Positions 1 through 11,774 of a stretch of DNA of 64,000 nt are shown here, in pieces. How positions within the stretch are numbered: the stretch's first letter is position 1; every line of letters begins with the position of its first letter. Position numbers and translations under genes: made by a program. Source of the stretch: Octopus sinensis (Eukaryota); the NCBI RefSeq assembly GCF_006345805.1, contig NC_043006.1, forward strand, positions 85,932,001 to 85,996,000, written 5' to 3'. The notes beneath the pieces are model-generated. The model was not told the DNA's origin. It worked only from the letters and a program-made list of their open reading frames with translations, and made no database searches.

Positions 1-454
1 GCATGTTAATTGTAAGCAAATATCACCATCATGCAAGTAGTATCTTTCATCTCCAATCTTCTGAGGAAATGCCTTACTTGAACACAGGTGAGGGTTGGCA
101 ACAGGAAAGGCATCCAACCATACAAAATTTGCTTCAATAAATTTCATCCAATCCATGCAAGCATAGTTTGGATGAAATTTATAGTTGTATATCACTTATA
201 GTTATTTTTTTATGAAGAAGGGTTTAAGATTAAAATCAGCAAAACCTAAACTTAGAACAGTAGGAGAAATCATGGCTGTATTGCTAACATGGTCTTACAT
301 AAGTAGTTCTCAACTGGAGTTCATATGGCTTTTAGGGGTCCATATAAGATTTTGTTGTTAAAATTTATCTGCAATAAATTGGTTATACTTCTACAATAAG
401 CAAAATATTTTAATTCTTTTTAATACGATTCCTAATAACATCTGATTATCTTTT

Positions 455-790
455 ATCTTTTCCTTATTTCAGTCTGTAGACTGTGGCCATACTGGAGAAT
501 TGCCTTCTGGTACTTACTGAACCGTTAGGTTATGGGATGTAAACACACCAGTACTGGTTGTCAAGCAGTGGTGGGGGACAAACACAGACACATAAAAAAC
601 ATTAGCACACACACACACATATATATATATATAAATAAACATGATGGGATTCTTTCAGTTTCCATCTACCAAATCCACTCGCAAGGCTTGGGGGTATAGT
701 GGAAGATGCTTGCCCAAGATGTTATGCAGTGGAACTGAACCTGGAACCATGTTGTTGGGAAGCAAGCTTCTTACCACACAGCCATGCATG
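455..790 (-). mobile_element. Older SINE family A copy nested in a hAT-like MITE remnant (about 300-915)
   Basis: Diverged family A sequence. The flanks read tagttctcaac and ggtccatag...ggttgagaa. Confidence 0.6.
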
Positions 791-1179
791 TGCTTAATAA
801 TTATAAAAATATAATAGGATTTTTTTATACATTGAATGGCTATAAGGGTCTATCTGAGTAAACTAGGAATCAAAAGAGGTCCATAGGCAGAAAATGGTTG
901 AGAAAAACTGGGTTAGATGAATATATTATTGAGTCTTTGTTTTACAGCCTGATGCCCTTTCTACCGCTAGCCCTTAACTGATTTTCAAAATCGGTTTCTC
1001 TTATTTCACATGTCTACAAGGTTGAAAAGCCAGCAGATAATTACATTCTTTGCTTTGGAGTCACATGGTTCTGGGTTTGCTCTCATTGCATGGCATGTTT
1101 GGCAAGTGTGGCTTCCACTAGTCTTGCTTTGACTAATGCCTTTGCAATGGAATTTGGTAAATGGAAACTGTAGAAACTT

Positions 1180-1430
1180 GTCAGATGTGTGTGTGTGAGT
1201 GTGTGACTGGAGTGAGTGAGTGGAAGGAGTGAGTGAGTGTGTAACTGAATGTGTGAGTGAGTGAATGAGTGAGTGAATGAGTGAGTGAATGAGCGAGTGC
1301 GTAAGTGAATGAGTGAGTATGTGAATGAGTGTGTGAGTGAGCAAGTGTGTGTGTGAGTAAGTGTATGTGTGTGTGAGGGAACAAGTGTGTGGTGAGTGAT
1401 TAATGTGTGCCTATGTGCGTGTGTGTGTGT
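1180..1430. repeat. (GAGT)n/(GT)n compound microsatellite
   Basis: Read directly from the sequence. Confidence 0.95.
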
Positions 1431-1890
1431 GCATGGACACACGTGATGTTTTCCTATCATGTGTTAAGCAAATGAATAGTGCTGTTTCAAAATGGTAATT
1501 TAGCCAGTTGATAAAATATAGATTAATAAAATACGTTCCTGGTGAAAATGAAACCTGGGGTAACTGGGAGTGACTAAAAAGTGCCCCAGCATGACCACAG
1601 TACAAAAACTGAAACTAGCAAAAGAATAAAAGAATCATAGCTCCACAATATATATTCCAAAGAATCTACATCTGTACTATTTCAGCTATCTCCGACATTT
1701 AAATCCTAGGCCATTAAATTTACTATGCTCTAATTCACAACTGACTGAACACTGAGGTTATAAACGATAATAATTATTGTAATTAGGTTAAATAAGCATA
1801 ATTCCTTAGCATTGAACTAATGTGATGTTTTCATTTATTTCTAGAACATTTGGTAGTGTTTCACAATGTATTTATATATATATATATATA

Positions 1891-2250
1891 TGGCACGTAA
1901 AAAGCACCATTTGAGCGTGATCGTTACCGTCGCCTTACTGGCACATGAAAAAAAACATTCAACCGAGGTCGATGCCAGTGCCGGTGGACTGACTCCTGTG
2001 CAGGTGGCACATAAAAAACAGCATTTCGAGCGTGGTCATTGCCAGTACTGCCAGACTGGCCCTTGTGCTGGTGGTACATAAAAGCACCCACTACACTCTC
2101 GGAGTGGTTGGCATTAGGAAGGGCGTCCAGATGTAGAAACTCTGCCAGATCAGATTGGAGCCTGGCGCAGCCATCTGGTTCGCCAGTCCTCAGTCAAATC
2201 GTCCAACCCATGCTAGTATGGAAAGCGGACATTAAATGATGATGATGATG
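1891..2250 (+). mobile_element. Repeat family B (RTE-tail type, (GAT)n end)
   Basis: Repeated ggcacgtaaaaagcacc units, ggcattaggaagggcatccagc and a gatgat tail. Related copies at about 13400-13580, 20043-20178, 23790-24106, 33942-34072, 36492-36655, 36948-37126 and 49893-50165. Confidence 0.8.
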
Positions 2251-3560
2251 AATATAGTTCTATATTTAAGAGATGAGGAATTATGTACAAATATCCTTTA
2301 AATATAAATAATGTAAATAAAGAGAGACAATAGTCTGTCATTTATTTTGATTGTGGTTGTGTGGTAAGGAAGCTAGCTTCCCAACCATGTGATCTTGGGT
2401 TCAGTTCTAGTGTGTAGCATCTTAGGCAAATGTCTTCCATTACAGACCTGGCTGGCTGACCAAAGCCTTGTGAGTAGATTTAGTAGAGAGAAACTGAAAG
2501 AAGCCCATTGTACATATATACCTGTGTGTGTGTGAGTACCTAAATCATGTATATAATGTGTGCATACATACATACATGAATGATCATGGGATTGCACCTA
2601 GGAAGTTCCCCTCCGAGGCACAAGTCTGGGCAAAGTTATCTATGGAAGACCAGCAGTCGCCCATGCATACCAGCCTCCCCTCTCCATGCCACCAGCGTTA
2701 TCCAAGGGAAAGGCAAAGGGGCCAATACAGCTTGGCACCAGTGACATCACAACTCATTTCTACAGCTGAGTGAACTGAAGCAATGTGAAATAGTGTCTTG
2801 CTCAACAACACAACACACAGCCCAGTCCAGGAATTGAACTTACTATCTCATGATTGTGAGCCCGATGCACTGAGCCAGTACATATATATGTGTATGTGCT
2901 TATGTTTGTGTTTGTTCACCACCATTGCTTGTCAATTGGTGATGGTTTGTTTACATCTCTGTAACTTAGTGGTTTGGGAATAGGGGACCAAGAAAATAAG
3001 TACCAGGTGTAAAAATAAGTATTGTGATTGATTTGTTTAATTAAGCCCTTTAAAAGCAGTACCCCAAATCGGTCACAGCCCCAAAACTGAAACAAGTAAA
3101 AGATATAAATGCTCATTTTCTGTTTCACAATACTATTTTCTTTCACTTTTAAATCTGTTTTCCATGACTGGCATGGGTTAGATGAATATATTATTGAAGC
3201 ATTGTTCTACAGCCAGATGCCCTTCCTACCATTAGCTCTTAATTGATTTTCAAAAGAGGTATCTCTTATTTCATATGTCTTTAAAGTTGAAAAGCCAGCA
3301 GACAATTATGTTCTTTATTTTGACAAAAGAAATGATAACAACATTATTACTTGTAGCTTAAAAAATTGCAATTACAAGAACGCACACACATAAACAAACA
3401 AACATATGATGAGCTTCTTTCAGTTTCTGCCAATAAAATCTACTCCCTCAGCTTTGGGTAGCCTGGAACTACAGAAAAAAATATTTATCTAAGGTGCAAA
3501 ATTGCATGGTTGGGTAGTGAACTTTTTAATCATGTAGTCATGCTTACACCTATATATATT

Positions 3561-4012
3561 TACTAGCAGTATAGCCCGGCATTGCTCGGGTTTATTTTTT
3601 AGTTGCGCTTAAAACAGCAGACTTTGATGTTGCGTTAACAAAGTTTTGACATAGTTTCAATCTTTTTTGAAAAGTAAAAATTTTCCATTATGTAGCTTGT
3701 TATTCTCTTTAAGTAAATATTTTTCTGGTTGAAATACACTGAAAAATGGCGACACAGCAGTCAAAAAATCGTAAAAAATAGGGATTTTCAGAGAAAAAAA
3801 GCACCTTTTTGATGTAAACAATTTTTGGTCTTAACATGGTCCGATTTGAATTTTTTCTTCTCCAGAATGAAGAGCAAGCCTTCTTCTATCATACTCTCAA
3901 TTTTGGTCAACTTGTGCCGCAGGGTCTCAGAGGAGATAGTGTTAGTTGAAGGCTACCAAACCTACCACACACACACACACACACAGACAACTTCAGCTTT
4001 ATATGTATAGAT
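3561..4012. mobile_element. Helentron-associated / DINE-1-like non-autonomous element
   Basis: One end is ACTAG plus the hairpin cccggcattgctcggg. The other end is (CA)n-cagaca...tatatgtatagat. Confidence 0.6.
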
Positions 4013-5015
4013 ATGAATTTATATGTGGAATATGCCCAGTATGGAGCTGGGAAAAAAACCATACTTCACATGAGGACTCAAATGGCCATATTATGTGTAG
4101 ATTTTATAAATTGAGAAAAGAAAGGCAGTGAGCTGGCAGAATTGTAACCACACAGGATGAAATGCATAGCAGCATTTTGTTCATCTTTAAATTCTGAGAC
4201 CCTTTCAGGGTCAATAAATTAAGTACCAGTCAAGCACTAGTTCCCTCCCCACAAATTTCTGGCCTTGTGCTTATAATAGAAAGGATTAACAGCAAAAAGT
4301 CCTACTGGAGAGGTCATCCATTTCATGAGTTCAGTGAATAAAAGTTGAGCCATGAAAAGGAGCTCTCTTTTGTAACTAATAACACTGTGTAGCAAAATCT
4401 TAATTGTTTTTTGTCTGGTCAGTAAATATTATTTCCAATTTGCTTCTTTCTAGAAATCAAAGAAAATGATTGCTATTCTCTTCAAACATTGCTTTAGTGA
4501 CCTGGACATTAATGTTTTGAAACTAACCTATTTGAAACTAACCATTTCAGACAAATTCAGCACTGAGGTGCTGAAGCAGAAATATGATTGCATCAAATAT
4601 TTAATACCACAGATTTGCTTGTCACTTGTTTGGCCTTAACCACTTGAGCTTGTCACTTTTTTGGCTGAAACATGCATCTCTGATCATGAGCAGGAGTAGT
4701 GAGAGAGCATCGTAGCCATGTGTTGAGAGAGATTCTTTAGGGTTTGAATAAATATCATAACAAAAGCAAAATTTGAAGGAAATATTAGCCATTTTTCATA
4801 CTTTCTAGGGGCAAGCGAATAAGAAATAACAGTTGCTAACCATGGACAAAAATCACATTACACAGGCTAATATTATAAATTTGTACAGGAAGACAAGAAG
4901 TGTTTGTCATTAAGGCTTATCAGAATTTATTTTGACTAAATCTCTCACTTGCTTCAAGAAAATACCTTGGATAAAATAAGACAAAATGATAACAAAAGAA
5001 ACTGGGAAAACATAC

Positions 5016-5076
5016 TTTCTTTTTTCTGTCCAAAAACTTCAGCCCAGCTGCTTCTGTGATACGGTTTATGGCTTCT
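5016..5076 (-). CDS. shc: Shc coding exon 3 (61 nt): (R)EAINRITEAAGLKFLDRKKK, PTB domain
   Basis: Acceptor ttttctatttgacag|, donor AAA|gtatgt. It completes the split Arg codon AG|A. It resembles Drosophila Shc RECINRVCEAAGLK and human REAISLVCEA (from memory). Confidence 0.93.
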
Positions 5077-5424
5077 CTGTCAAATAGAAAAGTAATAATA
5101 ATTATATTGAGAATAAAAAAAAGAATACAATAATTATAGTAATAAGAATAATATTGCAATCTGAGGTATCTTGGGAGGGTCACTATACCAATAATAAACA
5201 CACACATGGGTTCTATTTCACTTTTATTATTATTAATATTTATTATCATTAAGGTTGTAAGCTGGCAAATTCCACTGAGGCTGACTTTGTCTTTCATCCT
5301 TTAGAGGTCAATAAAATAAGTACCTGTTGAACACTGGGGGTTGATGTAATCAACTTAGCCCCTCCCCCAAACTTGCTGATCTTGTGCCAAAATTTGAACC
5401 TAGTACATATAATAATAACATTAT

Positions 5425-5647
5425 CAATTAGTTAATCAGTTAATCAATTAATTAATCAATTATTTGATTAATCATTTGGTCGGTCAATCAACCAGCTATA
5501 TTTGTCAGACTGGAGTAACAAGGACATGTCACTGATGAGGTTGCGAATGGTGACAAAAGAACTTTAACGAATCTGGCTGATTGACTGATTGATCAAACAA
5601 TTAATCAAACAATCGATTAATTAATTGTTTAAATGATTAACTAGTTG
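5425..5647. repeat. Inverted repeat with arms of about 70 bp built of AATC/AATT units
   Basis: 5425-5495 is the reverse complement of 5573-5647 with scattered mismatches. Confidence 0.8.
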
Positions 5648-6669
5648 ACTAATAGTAATAGAAGGAGTGAAACAGAATCAGTGCATGAGTTTCTTATTTT
5701 AACAATGACCCTCCCTTGACAACAAAACCTGTTTCAACAGCCAACCTCACATCAAGAATCATACAAACCAAGTACAAAAACAAAATAAAACTGCATTTAT
5801 ATATTGAAACAAAAAGTGAAGAATGACAAAACATAGAAGATGCAATTACTAAAAGATTTTGCTTGGTTGTGTGTGTGTGTAAATAAATAATTGAAGTTGT
5901 ACTTTCATTCCATTATAATTGTGAGTTTCACACCAAGTGGTCATGAGATGACTAAACAGTGTCCAAACTATATTTGTACAAGATCGTTTGTTGTGTGTAA
6001 CTATGGCATTGTCTAATAGTTGTGAAGGGGTGAAATTTAAAGCAGCAAAAAGAAAAAAAAAGAAAAAAATGCTGTAAAAGTGTTGAACTAAGGCAACTTC
6101 ATACAGATCCAACATAAACCAACATGGACAAACAAATATTATATCAATCGCAACTTATCTAAATTTAAAAAAGGGAAAAAAAAAAGTATCGTAAGTGTAT
6201 TGAATAATGAAAGCATGTGGCTCAGTGGATAGAGTGACGAATTCACAATCATAAGATTATGAGTTCAATTCCTGGACTGAGTGGCATATCTGTGTCCTTT
6301 AAGGAACTTTATTTCATGCTGTCCAGCCAACTAAGATGTAAATGAGTACCAGCTGACTGCTGGGTGCAGTCCTGTCTCTTTCCAGCTGTTACAGGCTCGA
6401 TATTCCACTGTGTCATGGGTAGAAAGGCTGTGTTTGTGTCTACTTTGTGACTACATAACTACACAGGCATCTCAAACAATTAGCAAAAGCATGGCACAAG
6501 CTACCAGGTTTTACTCACACATTTTGTAAGTTATAACTAAACTTTTGTGGGGTTTTTTTCATTTTTGATAAATGATTACGAGAGTAACACTAATATCAAT
6601 ATTTATTAGTGACAGAGGCAACAATAATACCAAGAGGTAATACTTATCCTCACTTAAATGTGGATGTTT

Positions 6670-6840
6670 TGTCAGAACAAGCTATACTGTGGTAGATACC
6701 ATGAGCGACACTCTCATATTGGCTTTTGGTGCAAAATACACTATCCCTGCTAGCGTTATGAACAAGAGTGCATTTTGCACCAAAAGCGAATATGAGAGTT
6801 TCTCTCATGGTAATTACATGCAGTATAACTTGTTCTAACA
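6670..6840. repeat. Long hairpin / MITE-like inverted repeat (arms of about 73 bp, 24-nt loop)
   Basis: tgtcagaacaagctatactg...ggtgcaaaatacact versus agtgcattttgcacc...cagtataacttgttctaaca. Confidence 0.85.
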
Positions 6841-7099
6841 GAATATTCGTAACCCTTTTGTTATCATATTTATATTGAAACATACAGCCTTTGTTCCATT
6901 TAATTTGAAAATAATGTAGAGTTTAGTGAAATTATTTTTTATTATTAAGCTGGTGTTTGGAACATAAATTATCTTGAAATTTTGGTGCAAGATTTTAATT
7001 TAGAATGCTTTAGAACAAGAAATTTGTAATATTGAACCAAAGGCAGTTTCAGGCAGGTTGTTATCAAAAGGGTTAAGTTGGGATAAATAGTACTTCTCA

Positions 7100-7530
7100 T
7101 TAATATCAATGGTGATGATGTTGGTGATGGTGTTAATGATGATGATGATGGTGGTGGTAATGATGAGTGGTGATGCTGTTATCACTGGTGATGAAGATGT
7201 CAGTAAATGGTGGTGTTGATGATGATGATGTTGATGGTGACATTGGTAGTAGTGGTGATGATGATAGTGTTGGAGGTAATGATGCTGTTGGTGGTGGTGA
7301 TGGTGATGATGATGATAGTTGTGGAGGTAATGATGGTGGTGGTAGTGATGATGATATCAGAGTATGAGGATGATGTCAGTAGTAGTGATGCTGGTTGTGT
7401 GATGGTGTTGGTGAAGGTAGTGATGATGACAATGATGATGATAGTGGAGGTGATGATGATGATAGTGGTAGTGATGCTGAGATGGTGGTGGTGGTGAAGG
7501 TGATGTCACTGATGGTGATGGTGATGATGA
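7100..7530. repeat. Degenerate (GAT/GGT)n trinucleotide tract
   Basis: Read directly from the sequence; it lies in the intron next to shc exon 2. Confidence 0.95.
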
Positions 7531-7569
7531 TTTCACTTTAAAAACGAAGAGAAAATATAGCTCAGTCAC

Positions 7570-7640
7570 CTTGCTAGGTTTGTTCTCGTTTCAAAGTCTA
7601 ATGTTCTCATAGACTCTTTTACTTCCAGACATCCTAAATA
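7570..7640 (-). CDS. shc: Shc coding exon 2 (71 nt): YLGCLEVKESMRTLDFETRTNLA(R), PTB domain
   Basis: Acceptor ttttcttttatttag|, donor AAG|gtgact. It matches the Shc motif YxGCxEVxxSMRxLDFxTR, and phase 0 in / phase 2 out fits both neighbouring exons. It is too short to appear in the ORF track. Confidence 0.95.
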
Positions 7641-8443
7641 CTAAATAAAAGAAAAGGAAAAACAAAGTTTAAAAAATGGACAAAAAAAAACCAGTTTCAG
7701 TATAACTTGTCTTCAACTACAAGCAATATTTTTGAATTACAAGACACTTTGGGTACCTTGCTTCCATCAATGTATCTCAGAGAGAAGAGGAGAGAGAAAG
7801 AGAGAAAGCTGAGGGAGGAGAGAGGCAGAGAGAAAGAGAGAAAGCTGAAGGAGGAGAGAGAGTGGAAGAAGGAGAGAGGCAGAGAGAAAGAGAGAGAGAG
7901 TTCAATGTGAATGTCTATGTTTTGATTGACATTGTTGGGTAGGTGTGAGAGGCCAGATCAGGTCAGTTTGCACATAAAGCAGGTAGAAAAAGTTTGGGCC
8001 AGATATGGCTTGCTTAAATGCTAAGGGATTAAAGACAGATTTTCCCCACAACAGGAATTGAAATCAGGCCAGCACAGCGACCAAAGTACTTATCAATCCC
8101 AATGTATTACTCTTAATGAAAACAAGGAATTATACAACTCATGGCAATCAACTTAGAGAAAGGTTGAACCAGCCCAACCTGCTAGAAATAGCAACCAAAT
8201 CTTCAACACATGGCTGACATTTTAAATGAGGAGTGGGCAAAGCAGCTAACTTAGTTCTAGATACACCTAAAAGATGAGATGGTCATGGTTGGAATGCTTT
8301 TCATCCTAAATCTAGAATGTAGATTGTCAAGTTTTGTAATTTGCTTATTTCATAAGCACCAGTATAGGAACAAGGATCAAATAACCACAAACTGCAAACT
8401 TCTACATTGCAATGGAATCAATTATGTGTCCCAGTTTATTTTA

Positions 8444-8488
<45 letters not shown>

Positions 8489-9524
8489 AAAAAAAAATGG
8501 GTGAGTTCACATAAAACTCACACATGCCAAGTGACTGGCAGTTTTTAATTATTTCAATATACAGCATTTGTTATATATTGATTAGGAGTTCAATACACAA
8601 CATAGATGAATAAAACTATATATCATATGGCTTTTAGTGCAACATTGTACAATTTGATCAAATGTTATGTGAAGTAATTAATTAAATATATGAGTAGTTA
8701 TGGCCATTTAGTTAAAAACTCGCACCACAATCACATGGCTTTGGGTTTGATACCAATGCATGCCACTGCCTAGAGAAAATATCTTCTACTGTGGCTAAAG
8801 GTCGACCATTACCTTGTGGGTGTTATCTTGTAGGCTGAAAGTCTGAAGATTAACAACACATGCAATGTGTGAATGTGTCTGTATATACACAATTATTTGT
8901 ATGTGTATGCATTGAGTTGTGTCCCTTTATGTCAAAAAAAAAAATGGGATGGCTTCATCGTTCAATAAATAGTTGGTTGTGTGGTAAATGTAGGCATGGC
9001 TGTACAGTTAAGAAGCTTGCTTTGCAACAACGTGATTTTGGGGTTCAGTCACACTGCACAACACCTTGGGAAAGTGTCTTCTACTATAGCCTAGGCCACT
9101 CAAAGCCCTGTAAGTGAATTTGGTAGACAGAAACTGTGTGGAAGCCTGCATATATATCTATAACTCTGTGTGTGCTTATGTTTGTTTTTAACATCACTTG
9201 AAAACCAGTGTTGGTTTATTTATATTCCCATAACTTAGTGGTTCAGCAAATGAGACTGACAGAACAAATAGTAGACTTTAAAAGAAAAACAAGTACTGGA
9301 GTCAATTCAGTCCAATGACTGAAACAGATAAAAAATAAAGGTTGGAAATAAGTCATGGGCTGAGATAATTGACTAATAGACATCAAGGTGGTGCTCCAGC
9401 ATGGTTGTCATCCAATGATTGAAACCAGTTAAAAATTTCGTTGTTATGGGACACACACAAAATGAGGTTGAAAAAAAAAAGGAAAGACATATAAAGAAGT
9501 TGTCATGTTACAAATCTTACTCAC

Positions 9525-9674
9525 CCGTACACCATAACAGACTCCAGCATCCGAACACAGTTGTTCATCTCTGTGTAGCCACCCATCTTCAGGTTTGTTC
9601 ATGAAGCTGTTGGTTCGGTTCCAGTCATTGTTGTTGCCAAATATTTTATTTCCTTTCTTCCACTGGCGTTCCAT
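9525..9674 (-). CDS. shc: Shc adaptor protein (SHC1-like), first coding exon: MERQWKKGNKIFGNNNDWNRTNSFMNKPEDGWLHRDEQLCSDAGVCYGVR
   Basis: The translation resembles the Shc pre-PTB/PTB start (human EWTRHGSFVNKPTRGWLHPNDKVMGPGVSYLVR, from memory). ATG is in strong context (ACAATGG). The exon ends CGG|gtgagt (phase 0) and has an upstream acceptor ttgttttcag| at 9704. Confidence 0.93.
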
Positions 9675-9704
9675 TGTACAACTATAAGTTACTTCTCAAT
9701 AAGT
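9675..9704 (-). other. shc: 5'UTR part of the first coding exon of shc
   Basis: 30 nt between the acceptor and the ATG, containing an in-frame TGA. This implies a non-coding upstream exon. Confidence 0.7.
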
Positions 9705-10859
9705 CTGAAAACAATGTAAACAGAAATAATAGAAGTAAACTGAAAACTCAAATCCATCATCAACATTATGTTACATCTGTTTTCTATGCTTGTATGGGTT
9801 GGATGAGTTGTCAAGGTCCAAGTTCAATCCTATTAGGAGCCACTTCAACCATAGACAGCTGCTCATGTGACATTTGGCTTGGTTTCTGTAGCTGGATGCC
9901 GTTCCTATTACCAAACAATTTACCGAGTGTAGTGAGTGCAGTTTATTGTGGTACCAATACAAGAGGAATTGTATGACCCTCAGCAAGACAGGATCAGAAG
10001 GACGTCACAGTCCTACACTTTGTCTCTTCATTAGCCAACCACATTATAGTGTCAACAGTAGGTGTGGAGTCTTGTATACAGTAAATATAAACACAGAGAA
10101 TATTAAAAAAAACAAAAGCATATAGATGAGGATAGGAAGGAAGGAACACTGATAACAGAAAGGCTAGAACTGGGTAGTTGAGAGGAGGGGATTGGAATAT
10201 AAACAAGTGTTAAGACTACTCAATAGCCTAGTATATGTATGCTTAGTCAGAAATTCAAGAAGAAAAAGGAAGGGGAGGAGGAGGAGAAGGAAGAGGGCCA
10301 GAATGGATGAAAAGGTAAAATGAGTAAGAGTATGATAGGAAGATGGTAGGGGTATGTAAAAAGTGTCAGGAAGGGAGTGATTGGTAATCAAAGGGATGGT
10401 CAAAGGTAAGGAAGAGAGGATGAAAAGAGCAAGAGTATGATGGGGAAAAAGCAGAGCTATTAGGGGTGAAGTCAGAGGTGGTGGTGGTGGTGGGGATGGT
10501 GCTAAATGGTTAAAAAGTTAAATTCCTTGCTCATTAATGTCAAGGTCAAACTTTACTATAGGTGTTGCACTACAGTTGTAATGTGGGCCAAGTTAATAGG
10601 GAACCAACCCATGCTAGCATGGAGAACGGACGCTAAATGATGATGATGATGAACTCACCAACCAAAGGGTTGATGTACCATACTCTGATTCAAACACTAT
10701 ACTTTGCTGCTTAGTCTTCCAGTTTATCATAATATCTAAATAGATATTATGAGAGGGTCTAGTTGACTACTGTGAGCTGTGGGTACACTGTATCAATGGT
10801 GCCTTTTTAACTTGCTGTTACAGTGCTGGACTTATACTCTATCATGCGTCTTTCCTTAA

Positions 10860-11061
10860 CCCTTTACTGTTCAGATTACTCAGTCAAATGTAATGCTTAT
10901 TCATTCACATTGTTTTGAATTAACCATGCATTGTCTCATAGCTTTGAGATTTTGATGATGTAACTGCTTATTTTTAGATATGGTAAGCTAGATCTGGTCA
11001 GTTTGAACATAAAACAGATAGAATATCTTGGCCGAATATGGCAAGTTTAAATGCTAAAGGG
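10860..11061. mobile_element. piggyBac-type MITE (TTAA|CCCTTT...AAAGGG|TTAA)
   Basis: TTAA at 10856-59 and 11062-65 with short TIRs. Confidence 0.75.
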
Positions 11062-11548
11062 TTAAAATGCTACATGAATATAAAATCTGCAGATATGTGT
11101 CAAGGTTATGATGTATTTTATTGTTACAGGTATTATAAAGTACCAGACAATTTTTTTGCCTAAAAAAAAATGGTTCTATTATACCCCAATAAAACACAAA
11201 TGGAAGTCTCACTTAATTGCTGAAGTTATTGTTTACACCCAGGTCAATTTTGATAAAAGCAGACCCATGATGAAAGACATTCCAATCAAGACCATCTTGT
11301 CTTTTTATGGAATATCTATAGGACTTCATTATCTAATGCATCCTTCCATTTGTTTAAAGATGGCTGTGATGGGGGTGGGCGTTCAAGGGAGATTTGGCTA
11401 TTATTTCTAACAAGCTGAATAGTCACAAAAATGTTTCTGCATTGGGTCATCAGTGCTAAAGTGTTTAAAGTTGGAGAAGGAGTTTACTAATGGGAAATAT
11501 CTACCTTCGTAATTGCTTGTGAAAATATAAATCTTATAACTTAACCAA

Positions 11549-11774
11549 CCCTTTAGCATTTTAATTGGTCATATCCAGCCGAAACAATCTACCTGTTTCA
11601 TCTTCAAACTGGCCAGATCTGGTCTCACACACTTACCATTAAAATATTATTCTAAAAATTCACATTCACATCATTAAAATCTCAAAGCTACAAAGGTAAT
11701 ACATGAATAATTTTTTTTTAATCAATGTGAATAAATAACATTACATTTGACAGAATTAGCTGAATGCTAAAGGG
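11549..11774. mobile_element. Second copy of the piggyBac-type MITE in the opposite orientation
   Basis: CCCTTTAGCATT...AATGCTAAAGGG|TTAA. The interior is the reverse complement of 10860-11061. Confidence 0.7.

Noticed and set aside
1006-1460. His/Thr/Ser-rich ORFs
   Set aside because: They are translations of a (GAGT)/(GT) microsatellite.
4021-4060. PSSILG-like peptide as a possible shc exon 4
   Set aside because: It has no downstream PTB motifs and no usable donor. Exon 4 was not found in 1-5015 and probably lies outside the window.
7167-7569. Asp/Gly-rich, Met/Val-rich and His-rich ORFs
   Set aside because: They come from a degenerate GAT/GGT tract inside a shc intron, with no splice or homology support.
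11420-11455. Minus-strand CTGATGA...GAAAC
   Set aside because: Stem II and stem I do not pair and the triplet would be GUG.
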